Counted from the stretch's first letter, positions 36,895 to 45,785 are shown. The stretch: 64,000 nt of DNA from an uncultured Gammaproteobacteria bacterium (GCA_964349465.1 CAYGGC010000002.1:28841-92840); one strand, 5' to 3'. Numbers and translations are program-made. The notes: generated by a model not told the origin, from the sequence alone.

Positions 36895-37374
36895 TCACTG
36901 ATGACTGCCGTGTTCGTACACTACCCACCGAAAAGAAAGATGCCCACCGAGAAGTCCGATCAAAGGTGCAACAAGAGAAATTATTCCCAGTTGAAAACTT
37001 TTTGCATGCTGTATATATTTTGCTGAGTTTCCAGTAGTCATCATGACGAGCGGCGGGTTGAAAATTAATATGGCACTTGAAGTAAGGGCGAATAGTATGG
37101 CAATTGTGTATATTTTCAACTTCATTTTTGGATGACCGCTTGAGAGAAGACCCGCGAGTATTGCAACGAGAATCATAGTTGCACACACTGACAGGTAGCG
37201 TAAATAGAATTCACCGTTGGCTGAAGAAAGTTTTGTATGTGCGCAAACACTTTCAATAGAAGGTGTTTTACTATCGCAATAGACAGCTCCTTGGCGAATA
37301 AATCCCGGGGAAAAGTATGTAATAAATCCCAGCAGGATCAGAAGGCCAAATAAATGTTTTCTTGGTGTGGTCAT
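36895..37374 (-). CDS. Multi-pass membrane protein (hypothetical)
   Basis: Hydrophobic ORF starting MTTPRKHLFGLLILLGFI in an AT-rich region. An overlapping ORF in another frame (36641..37186) was rejected. Confidence 0.4.
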   Translation of the reverse strand: MTTPRKHLFGLLILLGFITYFSPGFIRQGAVYCDSKTPSIESVCAHTKLSSANGEFYLRYLSVCATMILVAILAGLLSSGHPKMKLKIYTIAILFALTSSAILIFNPPLVMMTTGNSAKYIQHAKSFQLGIISLVAPLIGLLGGHLSFRWVVYEHGSHQ

Positions 37375-37445
37375 AGAGTATATTGACATACTATCAGACG
37401 TTCACGCTTGATCCTGTCAAACAAGTGCGTCTGAAATCGAAACGA

Positions 37446-37841
37446 CTACGCTACAAGATTGCAAATGATAAATGGGAAATCAGGTTCCCAAACTTGAACT
37501 ACTGTAAAGGAAATGCCTGCAACGATAATTACTATCAGAAGTATCAGTCGTAAATATTTTGGCAAAGGCTTTCGCAAGCCACTTGCCCAGACCAGGAGAG
37601 AAATAAGAATCAGTAAAAAAGTACTAGACACAAACACGCTCATAAAATTTGCCAGGCCTGGCGCAGTAATGGTTTTGCAGATCTTTTGAATAGCTACCGG
37701 ATCGCCATTTGTCACTGCAAGACTTTGTTGAATTTCTGGGTGTTGTTGTGCATACCCATCGTATGAAAATGCTGAAAGCAATAGCCCCAGCGTGCTCATT
37801 GTGAGTATTGGGAGAACAATAGCATGAAGTTTTTTTATCAT
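37446..37841 (-). CDS. Membrane protein (hypothetical), 131 aa
   Basis: An N-terminal signal/anchor and two further TM segments. AT-rich. Confidence 0.45.
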   Translation of the reverse strand: MIKKLHAIVLPILTMSTLGLLLSAFSYDGYAQQHPEIQQSLAVTNGDPVAIQKICKTITAPGLANFMSVFVSSTFLLILISLLVWASGLRKPLPKYLRLILLIVIIVAGISFTVVQVWEPDFPFIICNLVA

Positions 37842-37866
37842 ATGATTAACATGTAGTATAGCAGAA

Positions 37867-37897
37867 AAAGTCTGGAGGAAACGACTAGCATAGTCGT
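37867..37897 (-). terminator. Intrinsic terminator 3' of the secreted-protein gene
   Basis: On the minus strand, GGAGGAAACGACTA-TGC-TAGTCGTTTCCTCC is a 14-bp stem followed by AGACTTTTTCT. Confidence 0.55.
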
Positions 37898-37908
37898 TTC
37901 CTCCATTA

Positions 37909-38424
37909 CTAGTAGGAGTACGTCGTCCAGAGCCAGAAGTACCGTGAAAATTCCCAGTCCGTCAGATAGCCGTACTGAATGCGCAGAGTCTTCGGGATAA
38001 TCAACCGGCAGTCATCCCACCCGTTACCAAGATTCGTGCGGGCCAGAATCCAGTTGTTCAGACCGCCTTCGCAACAGGACGTCGGGATGCCTGCGGACCG
38101 AGTAATCCCGTAGGTGGAATGGGGGATCCGGAACACGATCGTGAAATGCGGCCCCTTCCAGTCCCACTGCCAGTCAGTCCGATAGGCCTGGTAGCCCGTG
38201 TTCTGAACCGCACTCATCTCCGCTCCCGGCCGTACGATCGCGCGACCAGTCTCACTCGAGATGGTCTGAGTCGGAACCGTCTCCGCGGGGGTAGGCACCG
38301 GCTGTGCAAACCTCGTCTTGAGCGCGCCCCAGGTCGTCTTCGTGACGGTCGGTTCCTGCGCGAACGACGGGAACGTGAACAACGTGGCGACAAGCAAAAC
38401 AAGCAACGTGACCAGCCGCTTCAT
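37909..38424 (-). CDS. Secreted protein, 171 aa
   Basis: Signal peptide MKRLVTLLVLLVATLFTFPSFAQE. AAAGGAG lies 5 nt upstream of the ATG. The N-terminal block TTWGALKTRFAQP resembles one in CHAP-2. Confidence 0.5.
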   Translation of the reverse strand: MKRLVTLLVLLVATLFTFPSFAQEPTVTKTTWGALKTRFAQPVPTPAETVPTQTISSETGRAIVRPGAEMSAVQNTGYQAYRTDWQWDWKGPHFTIVFRIPHSTYGITRSAGIPTSCCEGGLNNWILARTNLGNGWDDCRLIIPKTLRIQYGYLTDWEFSRYFWLWTTYSY

Positions 38425-38603
38425 GGCGCTACTCCTTTTGGTAACCCTGAATCAGGTTCAGGGTCTGTAAGGTGCAACAAGCACACGTCGATGTGACGTC
38501 GCTTGCTTCGACATACGCGATCTGCGCATGTCAAAAAATCGGCGACTCGACGGCCAACGGGTTTTCCACCGTCAGCGACCAAGCCACCGATTTCTATGTC
38601 TCT

Positions 38604-38631
38604 AGTTTACTCTTCTGAAACCAACTGTCAA
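38604..38631 (-). promoter_or_regulatory. Promoter plus conserved leader, copy C (upstream of the 37909..38424 gene)
   Basis: On the minus strand, TTGACA, a 16-nt spacer, then TAAACT. The transcript begins with ACATAGAAATCGGTGGCTTGG. Confidence 0.5.
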
Positions 38632-39057
38632 GATCTTCATTTGCGCTTTGACCTAAAGAGCTTATCGTTTACGAAAACTATGTTCAAGATACTCCTTGGG
38701 CTATGTCCAAGTTATATCCAAACCATGAAAACCATCCAAAAAAACCAAAAAGCAAAGATGCTAGCTTGAATGAATTTTCCCGCTTCTCTTTTTACCAATG
38801 TACTACGCACGATGATAGCGACGGTTATGAGGCTCACCATGATCAACAAAAGATCTGTCAAAAGCCCTAAGGAATTTCGTTAATATGAGGACCGTCCGAT
38901 CAAGATAAAAATATTCTCGGCCAAAATCGTTCCGCCAATCGAAATACTTAATACTAATGAAACGAGACGGCCGACTAGTGTCAACATATTATTAACACGG
39001 ATGTTTTTAAAAATTTTCACATTATTCGACCATTGTTGATTACTCATAGTTTATTTC

Positions 39058-39402
39058 TTACTTGATCTCTTCAATATTCAATAATTGGATGACAATTCCC
39101 CAATCGCCCCCAATAACATCTTGGATTTGATACTCAATCACAACGCGCTGACCATCATGCTGCCGAGCGCTTGGGAGATCGGCAAAACGAAATTTTTGCT
39201 TCAATGGATGTGCTAGGCTACGATCGGTTTGAAACCCCCATGCTGGGACAGAGTTGACCGTAATAACCTGGATGCGACCAATAGCCTTGTGGGTCACGGC
39301 GCCTGATTGTAGCGACTGGGTGTAGGCAACGATTGCAAAAACGCCGTAGAGTATTATTAGGCCAACCGTGGTAACAAGAATATATAGGTATCGTTTTGTC
39401 AT
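39058..39402 (-). CDS. Small membrane-anchored protein, 114 aa
   Basis: N-terminal TM helix (YLYILVTTVGLIILYGVFAIVAY). No recognised domain. Confidence 0.45.
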   Translation of the reverse strand: MTKRYLYILVTTVGLIILYGVFAIVAYTQSLQSGAVTHKAIGRIQVITVNSVPAWGFQTDRSLAHPLKQKFRFADLPSARQHDGQRVVIEYQIQDVIGGDWGIVIQLLNIEEIK

Positions 39403-39412
39403 GGGTAGATTT

Positions 39413-39718
39413 TTACATCAGGTTTCCCGAAAACCCCAGGAGTAAGATCCAAACAATTGGAAACAGCACAAATAACGCCCATCCCAGGATCATTCCTAGC
39501 CCAAAGTTTCGGTTTTTCTTCCGTAACCAAATCGCAACTGCGAGTAGCGTGATACAAAAAATCCATTGCAAAAGAAAACTTGTAGCTGGTGAAGGCTCAA
39601 CAGTTACCATCAATATAAACCCGATCGCGCCGAGCAATGGAATAAGCAAGACACCGCGGTAAAAGTTTCGTTCTTTTAGGATGTGAGCTGGCTGGTGTGT
39701 CGGTACGCCATTGATCAT
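39413..39718 (-). CDS. Small membrane protein (2-3 TM helices)
   Basis: Hydrophobic. The start is uncertain (39718 or 39757). Confidence 0.4.
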   Translation of the reverse strand: MINGVPTHQPAHILKERNFYRGVLLIPLLGAIGFILMVTVEPSPATSFLLQWIFCITLLAVAIWLRKKNRNFGLGMILGWALFVLFPIVWILLLGFSGNLM

Positions 39719-39734
39719 TGGTTCGGAACCAAAA

Positions 39735-40262
39735 TTAATTATTACTTTTTTGTGCAATACAGTTCGTGATAAAAAATGTTCGGGGAATGCCTTTCATGTC
39801 AGGAGCATTCTCGTTGAATTGCCGGAGATGGGTAATTTTTAAGGAAGACAGATTCTCTTGCAATGCTTCAGCTGTATATCGTGAAATCAACGGACGCTCG
39901 AATGACGGTTCTGGGTCTTGAAAAAAAGTTTGAAGAGCGAATATTCCGTGTGGATCAAGGTGTTGAAGAGCAGTGGGAAAGAAACTCTTTTTCACCCATT
40001 CGCCAGAAAGAAATTGGATGAGATTTCGAGAAAAAATAATGTCGTAGCTTTCCTGCGTCGGCCAATTTGCAACGAACGAAACTACATCTTGCTTGATCCA
40101 TCGTAGACCGGAAAGTTCCTGCGGCGCATCTTTCAGATCAACAGCTGTCACGACCGCGCCACGTTCCACCGCTTGGCGCGCAAACCAACCATTTCCAGCC
40201 CCAAGATCGAGGACGCGGCTACCTGGTTGGACGTAGTGCAATGTTGTTTCAGCGAAGGTCAT
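39735..40262 (-). CDS. Class I SAM-dependent methyltransferase, small-molecule/RNA type
   Basis: Motif I is VLDLGAGNGWFARQAV. Length 175 aa. There are no DNA-MTase motifs. Confidence 0.6.
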   Translation of the reverse strand: MTFAETTLHYVQPGSRVLDLGAGNGWFARQAVERGAVVTAVDLKDAPQELSGLRWIKQDVVSFVANWPTQESYDIIFSRNLIQFLSGEWVKKSFFPTALQHLDPHGIFALQTFFQDPEPSFERPLISRYTAEALQENLSSLKITHLRQFNENAPDMKGIPRTFFITNCIAQKSNN

Positions 40263-40328
40263 AGTGAAAAAATATTGGGAGGGTCTGTAGAGTCTACCAT
40301 ACCCCTCCCAAGGTATTCCGGACGGAGG

Positions 40329-40781
40329 CTAATCCCACTCGGAACAGCCGGTACAGTTGCAGGGATCAGCCTGACAGTCGGCGTTCTCCGGCATTGCCCA
40401 GGCGACGAGGTCGAACACGATACCGTGTTCTTCCATGAACCGCCTGGTCCGGAGCGCCCCGCCCTTCGGAGGCAGAACATCCAGTTCGTCGACCGGGACG
40501 TGGTGGATGTACGGCCGGTTGAGCAACCGGCAATACGCTGCGTAGGGCCGGGTGAAGAGGATGAACTCGTGCCAGGCGAGGTCGACTTCCTGGGACGGGA
40601 CAAACTCGTGCCCCGGAAACTGGGCCGCCAGCGTCATGAAGTGACAGGCGGCGTCGAGCATGCGTTCGGCTTCGGTCATCGCGACGTTGTGTTCGCGGCT
40701 GATTCGCGCCGCCACAATGCGCCGGACCTTTTCCGGCAACGGTGGCACGGCCAGCGTCTGGGTACGAACGTTCGTTTCCAT
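40329..40781 (-). CDS. Hypothetical protein with a C-terminal Cys cluster (CNCTGC), possibly DUF1399/GRDP-like
   Basis: The start at 40781 has AGGAGA 7 nt upstream. The VDLAWHEFILFTRPYAAYC block resembles the GRDP-like DLxWHxHxL motif as I recall it. Local GC is about 62%. Confidence 0.45.
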   Translation of the reverse strand: METNVRTQTLAVPPLPEKVRRIVAARISREHNVAMTEAERMLDAACHFMTLAAQFPGHEFVPSQEVDLAWHEFILFTRPYAAYCRLLNRPYIHHVPVDELDVLPPKGGALRTRRFMEEHGIVFDLVAWAMPENADCQADPCNCTGCSEWD

Positions 40782-41452
40782 GATGGTCTCCTGTTGCGAA
40801 GGGACTGCAGTGAACAGCGCGGCCGAAACGTTGGTTCTTCCTTTCCTGTAAAGGGCAATCTTCTGGAGCGGAATCATTCGTTCATCCTCTCCCATCTCCC
40901 CACCGGCGCGGTATAGACAAATTTTGGTGGCTTGGCAATTGGTGATGGAAGGTTCGCCGCGCCGATGGAGAGGTGGGAAAGAACGTTGTTCTACGGAATC
41001 ATCACCTCCCAGCGCCCAGGCGCCACCCCGAGTAGACGACGACCTCGCGGAGGTGAAGCGAGGTCGACAACGGGACGATGAAAATGAGTGGTGAGCTTGG
41101 CCCAGAATCGCGGCCAGCCGGAAAAGCGAAAGATACTCGCCGGACGGCGCTTTTTCTTGATGACGAATTGGTCAATCGATCGATTCATAGACACGATAGT
41201 GAAGTTATCCACGTTGATGGCGACGGCGCTCGAGTGCGACGGCGCAACCTGTCGGGCGTCGATTCGTTGCGTAATACTGGAGTGAACGATGAGATTCATA
41301 CCTGGGCGATGTGTGTTTTAGCGCCGTCGCTATTTTTTGAGACGGCTCATTTATAAATAAATTTTAGCGCGATGATTTTTTTTCGTCAAGATTTTGTACA
41401 TAAAAAAATCAGGGAATGTGTTCCCTGATAACTATCCTACCCAACAATGCTC

Positions 41453-41710
41453 TTAGTCCCCCGCCCGCAGAATGTGTTCACCACTGGTAGCACATCTGAT
41501 GACCGCACAGTGGCAGTCGTCGCATTCCCATCTCGCAGCCAGCTGACCCTCAAACACCTCGTTTGCCTTGAAGAACAGTGCGCCCGGGCAACCCTCCTCA
41601 GGACACGCATCGGCAAACAAGCGGCGACGCCAGCGACGAAGCCTTTGTGAAAGAAGTGCACAGCCAGTAATCGCAATCGTAACAACGCTGAGTAGAAAGG
41701 ACAATTCCAT
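41453..41710 (-). CDS. Small membrane-anchored Cys-rich protein, 85 aa
   Basis: An ATG at 41710 has GGGAGGTG 6 nt upstream. A TM helix is followed by CPEEGCPG...CDDCHC...C, a zinc-ribbon-like arrangement. Confidence 0.45.
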   Translation of the reverse strand: MELSFLLSVVTIAITGCALLSQRLRRWRRRLFADACPEEGCPGALFFKANEVFEGQLAARWECDDCHCAVIRCATSGEHILRAGD

Positions 41711-41789
41711 GTCGCACCTCCCATACAATATCGCGGACCGAACCACGCTGCGAACCAACAGAACCTACGCCCAGAATCGGATTTCGTCA

Positions 41790-41822
41790 AGACACAAAGA
41801 CCGGCCGAGGTATCTCGGCCGG
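41790..41822 (-). terminator. Intrinsic terminator 3' of typA
   Basis: On the minus strand, CCGGCCGAG-atac-CTCGGCCGG is followed by TCTTTGTGTCTTG. Confidence 0.5.
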
Positions 41823-41842
41823 TGAAGGCTCGAAAACGTCGC

Positions 41843-43660
41843 TTAATTCTTCCCGGCGCGTTTCCGCTCGTTCGAATCAAGAATACGTTTACGAATCCGA
41901 ATCACGTTTGGCGTGACTTCGACGAATTCATCTGGTCCGATATATTCCAACGCTAATTCCAGCCCCATCTCGCGCGGTGGTGCAAGCAGAATCGCTGCAT
42001 CGGACGCTTTCGAACGCATGTTGGAAAGCTTCTTTTCCTTACAGACATTAATTTCCATGTCTTCATCGCGGGAGTTTTGCCCAACCACCATCCCAGCATA
42101 GACTTCATTCCCCGGACCGATAAACAGCGTGCCGCGTTCTTGCGCGGTGTCGAGGGCATAGCCAGTACTTTGGCCGTTTTCAAAAGCGATCAGCGAACCA
42201 TGATTATTCGCGTTGATCAAGTCGGCCTGGAACGGTTCATATTTGTTGAACAAATGGTTGACCATCGCTTGACCCCGGCACTTGGTCATCAAGGCGGATT
42301 TCAAACCGATAACGCCGCGGGTCGGCATGTCGTATTCAATATGGAGTTCACCGGTTGGGGTTGTTTCCATGGTCAACAGATTCCCCTTTCGTTGGCCACA
42401 TTCTTCAATAATGATTCCCTGGAATTCCGACGGGACATCAATCGACACCAATTCGTATGGTTCCATTTTCTGCCCATCTTTTTCATGCATGATCACTTGC
42501 GGTTGCGAAACTTGCAGTTCAAATCCTTCGCGACGCATTTGCTCGATTAACACCGCTAAGTGCAATTCGCCTCGACCGGAAACGAGGAACGCATTGTCGT
42601 TTTCGGTATCTTCAACGCGCAAGGCCACGTTCGTTTCCAATTCCTTCATGAGCCGGGCGTGAATCTGTCGCGAGGTCACGAGTTTTCCGTCTTGCCCAGC
42701 AAACGGCGAGGTGTTAACCCCGAAGGTCATCTGGACCGTCGGTTGATCAACTTCAACGGTTGGAAGCTGGATCGGGTTTTCCGGATCAGCGATCGTTTCA
42801 CCAATCGCGATGTTTTCAATTCCCGCGACAGCGATGATTTCTCCAGCCGCGGCTTCGTCGACCGCGACTTGCTTCAAGCCTTCGTAGATCATGATGTCGG
42901 TCACTTTACTTTTCACGATCGTGCCGTCGATTTTGATTTCGGCGATCGGCTGGCCCTTCATAATCTTTCCCGCCGCAATTTTGCCGATTCCCATCTTGCC
43001 TTTGTAGTTGTCGTACATTAAGGCTAAGACCAATAACTGTAATGGGTCGTTGGCTTTTACTTCTGGAGCTGGAACCTTTTCAAGAATCATCTCGAACAAC
43101 GGTTTCAGGTCCGTACCGGGCTGGTTGAAATCAAGCGTCGCCGTTCCGGCTACAGCGGAGGTATAGATAATCGGAAAATCGAGCTGTTCGTGCGTCGCGT
43201 TTAAATGAGAAAAGAGATCGAAGGTTTTGTTGACCGCTTCGTCCGGATCGGCGTCGGGCTTATCAATTTTATTAACGACAACAATGGCGTTCAGACCAAG
43301 CTCAAGCGCTTTCCGTAACACAAATTTCGTTTGTGGCATCGGCCCTTCTTTCGCGTCGACGAGCAGCAACACGCCGTCGGCCATGCGCAGGGTTCGCTCA
43401 ACTTCTCCGCCAAAATCAGCGTGGCCAGGCGTATCAACAATATTGATTTTCACACCGTTATAGACGATTGAAGCGTTCTTCGCTTTAATCGTAATCCCCC
43501 GTTCTCGCTCTTGATCCATCGAGTCCATAATCAAAGCACCCATCGCGTCCAAATTGCGAGCAGCTTGAGTCTGTTTCAGCATCGCATCAACCAAGGTCGT
43601 CTTTCCGTGGTCGACGTGAGCAATAATAGCGATATTTCGAATGTCGGTGCGGCGGTCCAT
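41843..43660 (-). CDS. typA: Translational GTPase TypA/BipA
   Basis: Start [25 protein letters not shown] (G1). [12 protein letters not shown] and NKIDK motifs are present. About 605 aa with EF-G-like domains. The track ORF extends 73 aa further upstream with a non-conserved peptide. Confidence 0.9.
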   Translation of the reverse strand: MDRRTDIRNIAIIAHVDHGKTTLVDAMLKQTQAARNLDAMGALIMDSMDQERERGITIKAKNASIVYNGVKINIVDTPGHADFGGEVERTLRMADGVLLLVDAKEGPMPQTKFVLRKALELGLNAIVVVNKIDKPDADPDEAVNKTFDLFSHLNATHEQLDFPIIYTSAVAGTATLDFNQPGTDLKPLFEMILEKVPAPEVKANDPLQLLVLALMYDNYKGKMGIGKIAAGKIMKGQPIAEIKIDGTIVKSKVTDIMIYEGLKQVAVDEAAAGEIIAVAGIENIAIGETIADPENPIQLPTVEVDQPTVQMTFGVNTSPFAGQDGKLVTSRQIHARLMKELETNVALRVEDTENDNAFLVSGRGELHLAVLIEQMRREGFELQVSQPQVIMHEKDGQKMEPYELVSIDVPSEFQGIIIEECGQRKGNLLTMETTPTGELHIEYDMPTRGVIGLKSALMTKCRGQAMVNHLFNKYEPFQADLINANNHGSLIAFENGQSTGYALDTAQERGTLFIGPGNEVYAGMVVGQNSRDEDMEINVCKEKKLSNMRSKASDAAILLAPPREMGLELALEYIGPDEFVEVTPNVIRIRKRILDSNERKRAGKN

Positions 43661-43700
43661 AAATGTTGTTGATGACAAAAAGCGCCAAAGGCGCCTGATG

Positions 43701-43729
43701 ACTATACTATAACCCTTCAAGAACGTCAA
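43701..43729 (-). promoter_or_regulatory. Candidate typA promoter
   Basis: On the minus strand, TTGACG, a 17-nt spacer, then TATAGT. The leader contains GGCGCC-TTT-GGCGC followed by TTTTT about 20 nt before the ATG. Confidence 0.45.
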
Positions 43730-43958
43730 TGGAGCCGGGCTGCTCTCGACTTGACGGGACACTGCTTTCGCTATAGTGTTCGCGGCGCTGCGGAGATAAT
43801 GGTTTGGTAGCTCAGGCAGACATGCGTCCTTTCCCTGGGCACTCTCGAACCAGATGTCGGCTGAGGGCCTGCCTTTCACTCTTTCTAGTCGAACAGGTCG
43901 GCCTCAAACTCGCTGAGCCCAGGGGCACGGCTCGGCTTATCAGCTCGATTCTTCTGCA

Positions 43959-43992
43959 CACCCGTTCGACTCTGAACGGGTTTCTTTTTTAT
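43959..43992 (+). terminator. Plus-strand intrinsic terminator with no annotated plus-strand gene upstream
   Basis: CACCCGTTC-gactctg-GAACGGGT is followed by TTCTTTTTTAT. Confidence 0.5.
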
Positions 43993-44020
43993 CTTCGGCC
44001 AGTCAACATTGATACCGATT

Positions 44021-44812
44021 TTAACTCGCCTCTTCAGACAAAAGAACTTCCGGCTTCTGAGGGAGTGGTAGGGTCGTAAGCACAAGCGACTCATCAGATT
44101 CAGTACGAGCTGACAGCGCGGCATGGAGTTGCGGGTCAACCTCACCAACGATGATATATCGTAACGGCTGGTCGCTAGAAAATCGCTCACCAAAACCATG
44201 ATCGCTCCGAGCTATCCCATCGACAAACGCAACTGTTTTAGTTACTTCGTCGACAGAAATTCCAGCCGTGCTAACCACAAAGCCCGGCGGTAAACGCTCA
44301 ACTGTCCGTTGTTTAAAGGTCTGAGTGCCAACATCGCCGACGATATAGACTACCCCGGCCTCATGATACTCAACTGGGCGTTGCAATTCATCCGCTGATT
44401 GGTGGGAGGCGCGAATCCCCGCTTTCGCTGCGACCTCCTCGGCCCAGGCCCGAGCAAAGGCATTAATGTCCGTTTGTGAAACCGTCGCGTCTACCGGCAA
44501 ACCATGTTCACGATAGTAGGCACTCTTAGCCGCTCCACAATGATCATGGCTACTCACCTCGGTAACGCCTTGCTCGCGCAACAATGCAGCGACAGCTTCG
44601 GCGCCGCCAGGATGCGAAATGCCCGCGCCCGCTAAACGGACTTTCCCGTCTTTCGCGCCTTCATCAACGCACGAACAAACATTCGTCGGCTCAGTCTCAA
44701 AAGCGGCAGCAAGCGTTTCCGGTTCAAGCTCATGAACGTGAGCCGCCTTATCTTGGACTTCAGCAAACTGAAGATCGAGTTCAAGTTGTGGTCCGAGGTC
44801 AGGGCTTGTCAT
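44021..44812 (-). CDS. Hypothetical protein, 263 aa
   Basis: Long ORF without a recognised domain. Cys/His-containing blocks are present (SHDHCGAAKSAYY). Confidence 0.45.
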   Translation of the reverse strand: MTSPDLGPQLELDLQFAEVQDKAAHVHELEPETLAAAFETEPTNVCSCVDEGAKDGKVRLAGAGISHPGGAEAVAALLREQGVTEVSSHDHCGAAKSAYYREHGLPVDATVSQTDINAFARAWAEEVAAKAGIRASHQSADELQRPVEYHEAGVVYIVGDVGTQTFKQRTVERLPPGFVVSTAGISVDEVTKTVAFVDGIARSDHGFGERFSSDQPLRYIIVGEVDPQLHAALSARTESDESLVLTTLPLPQKPEVLLSEEAS

Positions 44813-44819
44813 GGAGTTA

Positions 44820-45242
44820 TTATGCGGGTCGGTGAAAGTCTGCCGCCCGATGGAGCAATCGTCGAAATCTCGGATTCATCGCAAAGTCGTCAATGCGCGT
44901 GGACGACACCCAGACATATTCCTCAAAGCCCTCGCTGCTATCGGTCGCAATCCACTGAAAATTTGGCTTGGCTGGTAGATCTAACAGGTAGCCAACCGTA
45001 ATGCGGTGCGTCCCCTCATCATCATTCACATGCGTCCAGGCCCCTAAGGCGATTGGTTCGGCTGGTAACGTATACCCCATCTCTTCCAGTAACTCACGCT
45101 GAAGCGCGGCTAACGGCTGCTCACCGTATTCCAAATGTCCGCCCGGAAGATAATGATGACCATCATGGGCGCGGAACATTAACAACTCCGAACCGACGCG
45201 AAAAACAATTTTAGCATTAACGTAGGTGTGGAGTTTGTGCAT
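44820..45242 (-). CDS. NUDIX hydrolase
   Basis: Nudix box GGHLEYGEQPLAALQRELLEEMGY. The start at 45242 (MHKLHTY...) is chosen, but earlier in-frame starts exist. Confidence 0.6.
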   Translation of the reverse strand: MHKLHTYVNAKIVFRVGSELLMFRAHDGHHYLPGGHLEYGEQPLAALQRELLEEMGYTLPAEPIALGAWTHVNDDEGTHRITVGYLLDLPAKPNFQWIATDSSEGFEEYVWVSSTRIDDFAMNPRFRRLLHRAADFHRPA

Positions 45243-45332
45243 ACGACGACGAAGAAAATATTCCTGGCCACGCCGATGTGGCCCGTCTAGAAATTTATGG
45301 TAGCAAACGTGGTAAAAAAAGGCCAGTCGGGG

Positions 45333-45361
45333 AAAACTGGTCTTGACAATATTCATTTTTT
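45333..45361 (+). promoter_or_regulatory. Near-consensus sigma70 promoter with no assigned plus-strand product
   Basis: TTGACA, a 17-nt spacer (atattcattttttcctg), then TATTAT. The first roughly 330 nt downstream, as far as the minus-strand tRNA-Gln, hold no convincing ORF. Confidence 0.55.
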
Positions 45362-45714
45362 CCTGTATTATGAACATTCTAAAAAAATATTCTTCGTCGC
45401 GAGTTGTCCGGAAAACATTTTCCGAACGCGAACCCGCCTGGCTGGTTTTTCGTCTACTTCATGGAACTTGTTGTCATTATCCCTTGGTATTTCTTCGACG
45501 CAAATCGACCGGAATTGCCGCGCGTCCTCGTCGAACCCGGACGATATCCGGTCGAAACAATCGCCAATCCGCTCGGGCAATCCGCCCAACCATGAATCGT
45601 TCTCCGCGGCACAAAAATTGGATCGAATGCAGAATTTATCCGGACGATGAGCCGATCCGGCTGGGGTGACTTTGCATTGCGCCTAGATATTCGCCATAGC
45701 TAACAAGCGCAAAG

Positions 45715-45785
45715 CTCCGGGACCTGGATTCGAACCAAGATAGCCAGGTCCAGAACCTGGAGTCCTACCATTAGACGATCCCGGA
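45715..45785 (-). tRNA. tRNA-Gln (anticodon CUG)
   Basis: The minus strand reads UCCGGGA uc GUC-uaauggua-GAC u CCAGG-UUCUGGA-CCUGG cuauc CUUGG-UUCGAAU-CCAGG UCCCGGA g. This gives a 7-bp acceptor stem with a U1:A72 pair. The T-loop is UUCGAAU and the anticodon-loop is UUCUGGA. Confidence 0.75.

Noticed and set aside
36641-37186. 181-aa minus-strand ORF
   Set aside because: It overlaps 36895..37374 in another frame. The other ORF encodes a coherent hydrophobic membrane protein, while this one is a mixed-charge translation.
40173-40916. 247-aa plus-strand ORF
   Set aside because: It is antisense to the SD-supported minus-strand gene 40329..40781, in a 62% GC patch where stop codons are rare. 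It has no motifs.
43804-44079. 91-aa plus-strand ORF read as an sRNA-encoded peptide
   Set aside because: It reads straight through the intrinsic terminator hairpin at 43959..43992.
43885-44199. 104-aa minus-strand ORF
   Set aside because: Its upstream part overlaps the 3' end of the 263-aa gene (44021..44812) in another frame, and its downstream part runs through the plus-strand terminator at 43959..43992. The composition is basic and low-complexity.
45343-45669. 108-aa plus-strand ORF, plus the 45368..45589 (-) and 45404..45595 (+) ORFs
   Set aside because: The first begins inside the -35/-10 of the orphan promoter. None has an SD or a recognisable fold. The region is treated as a candidate ncRNA locus.
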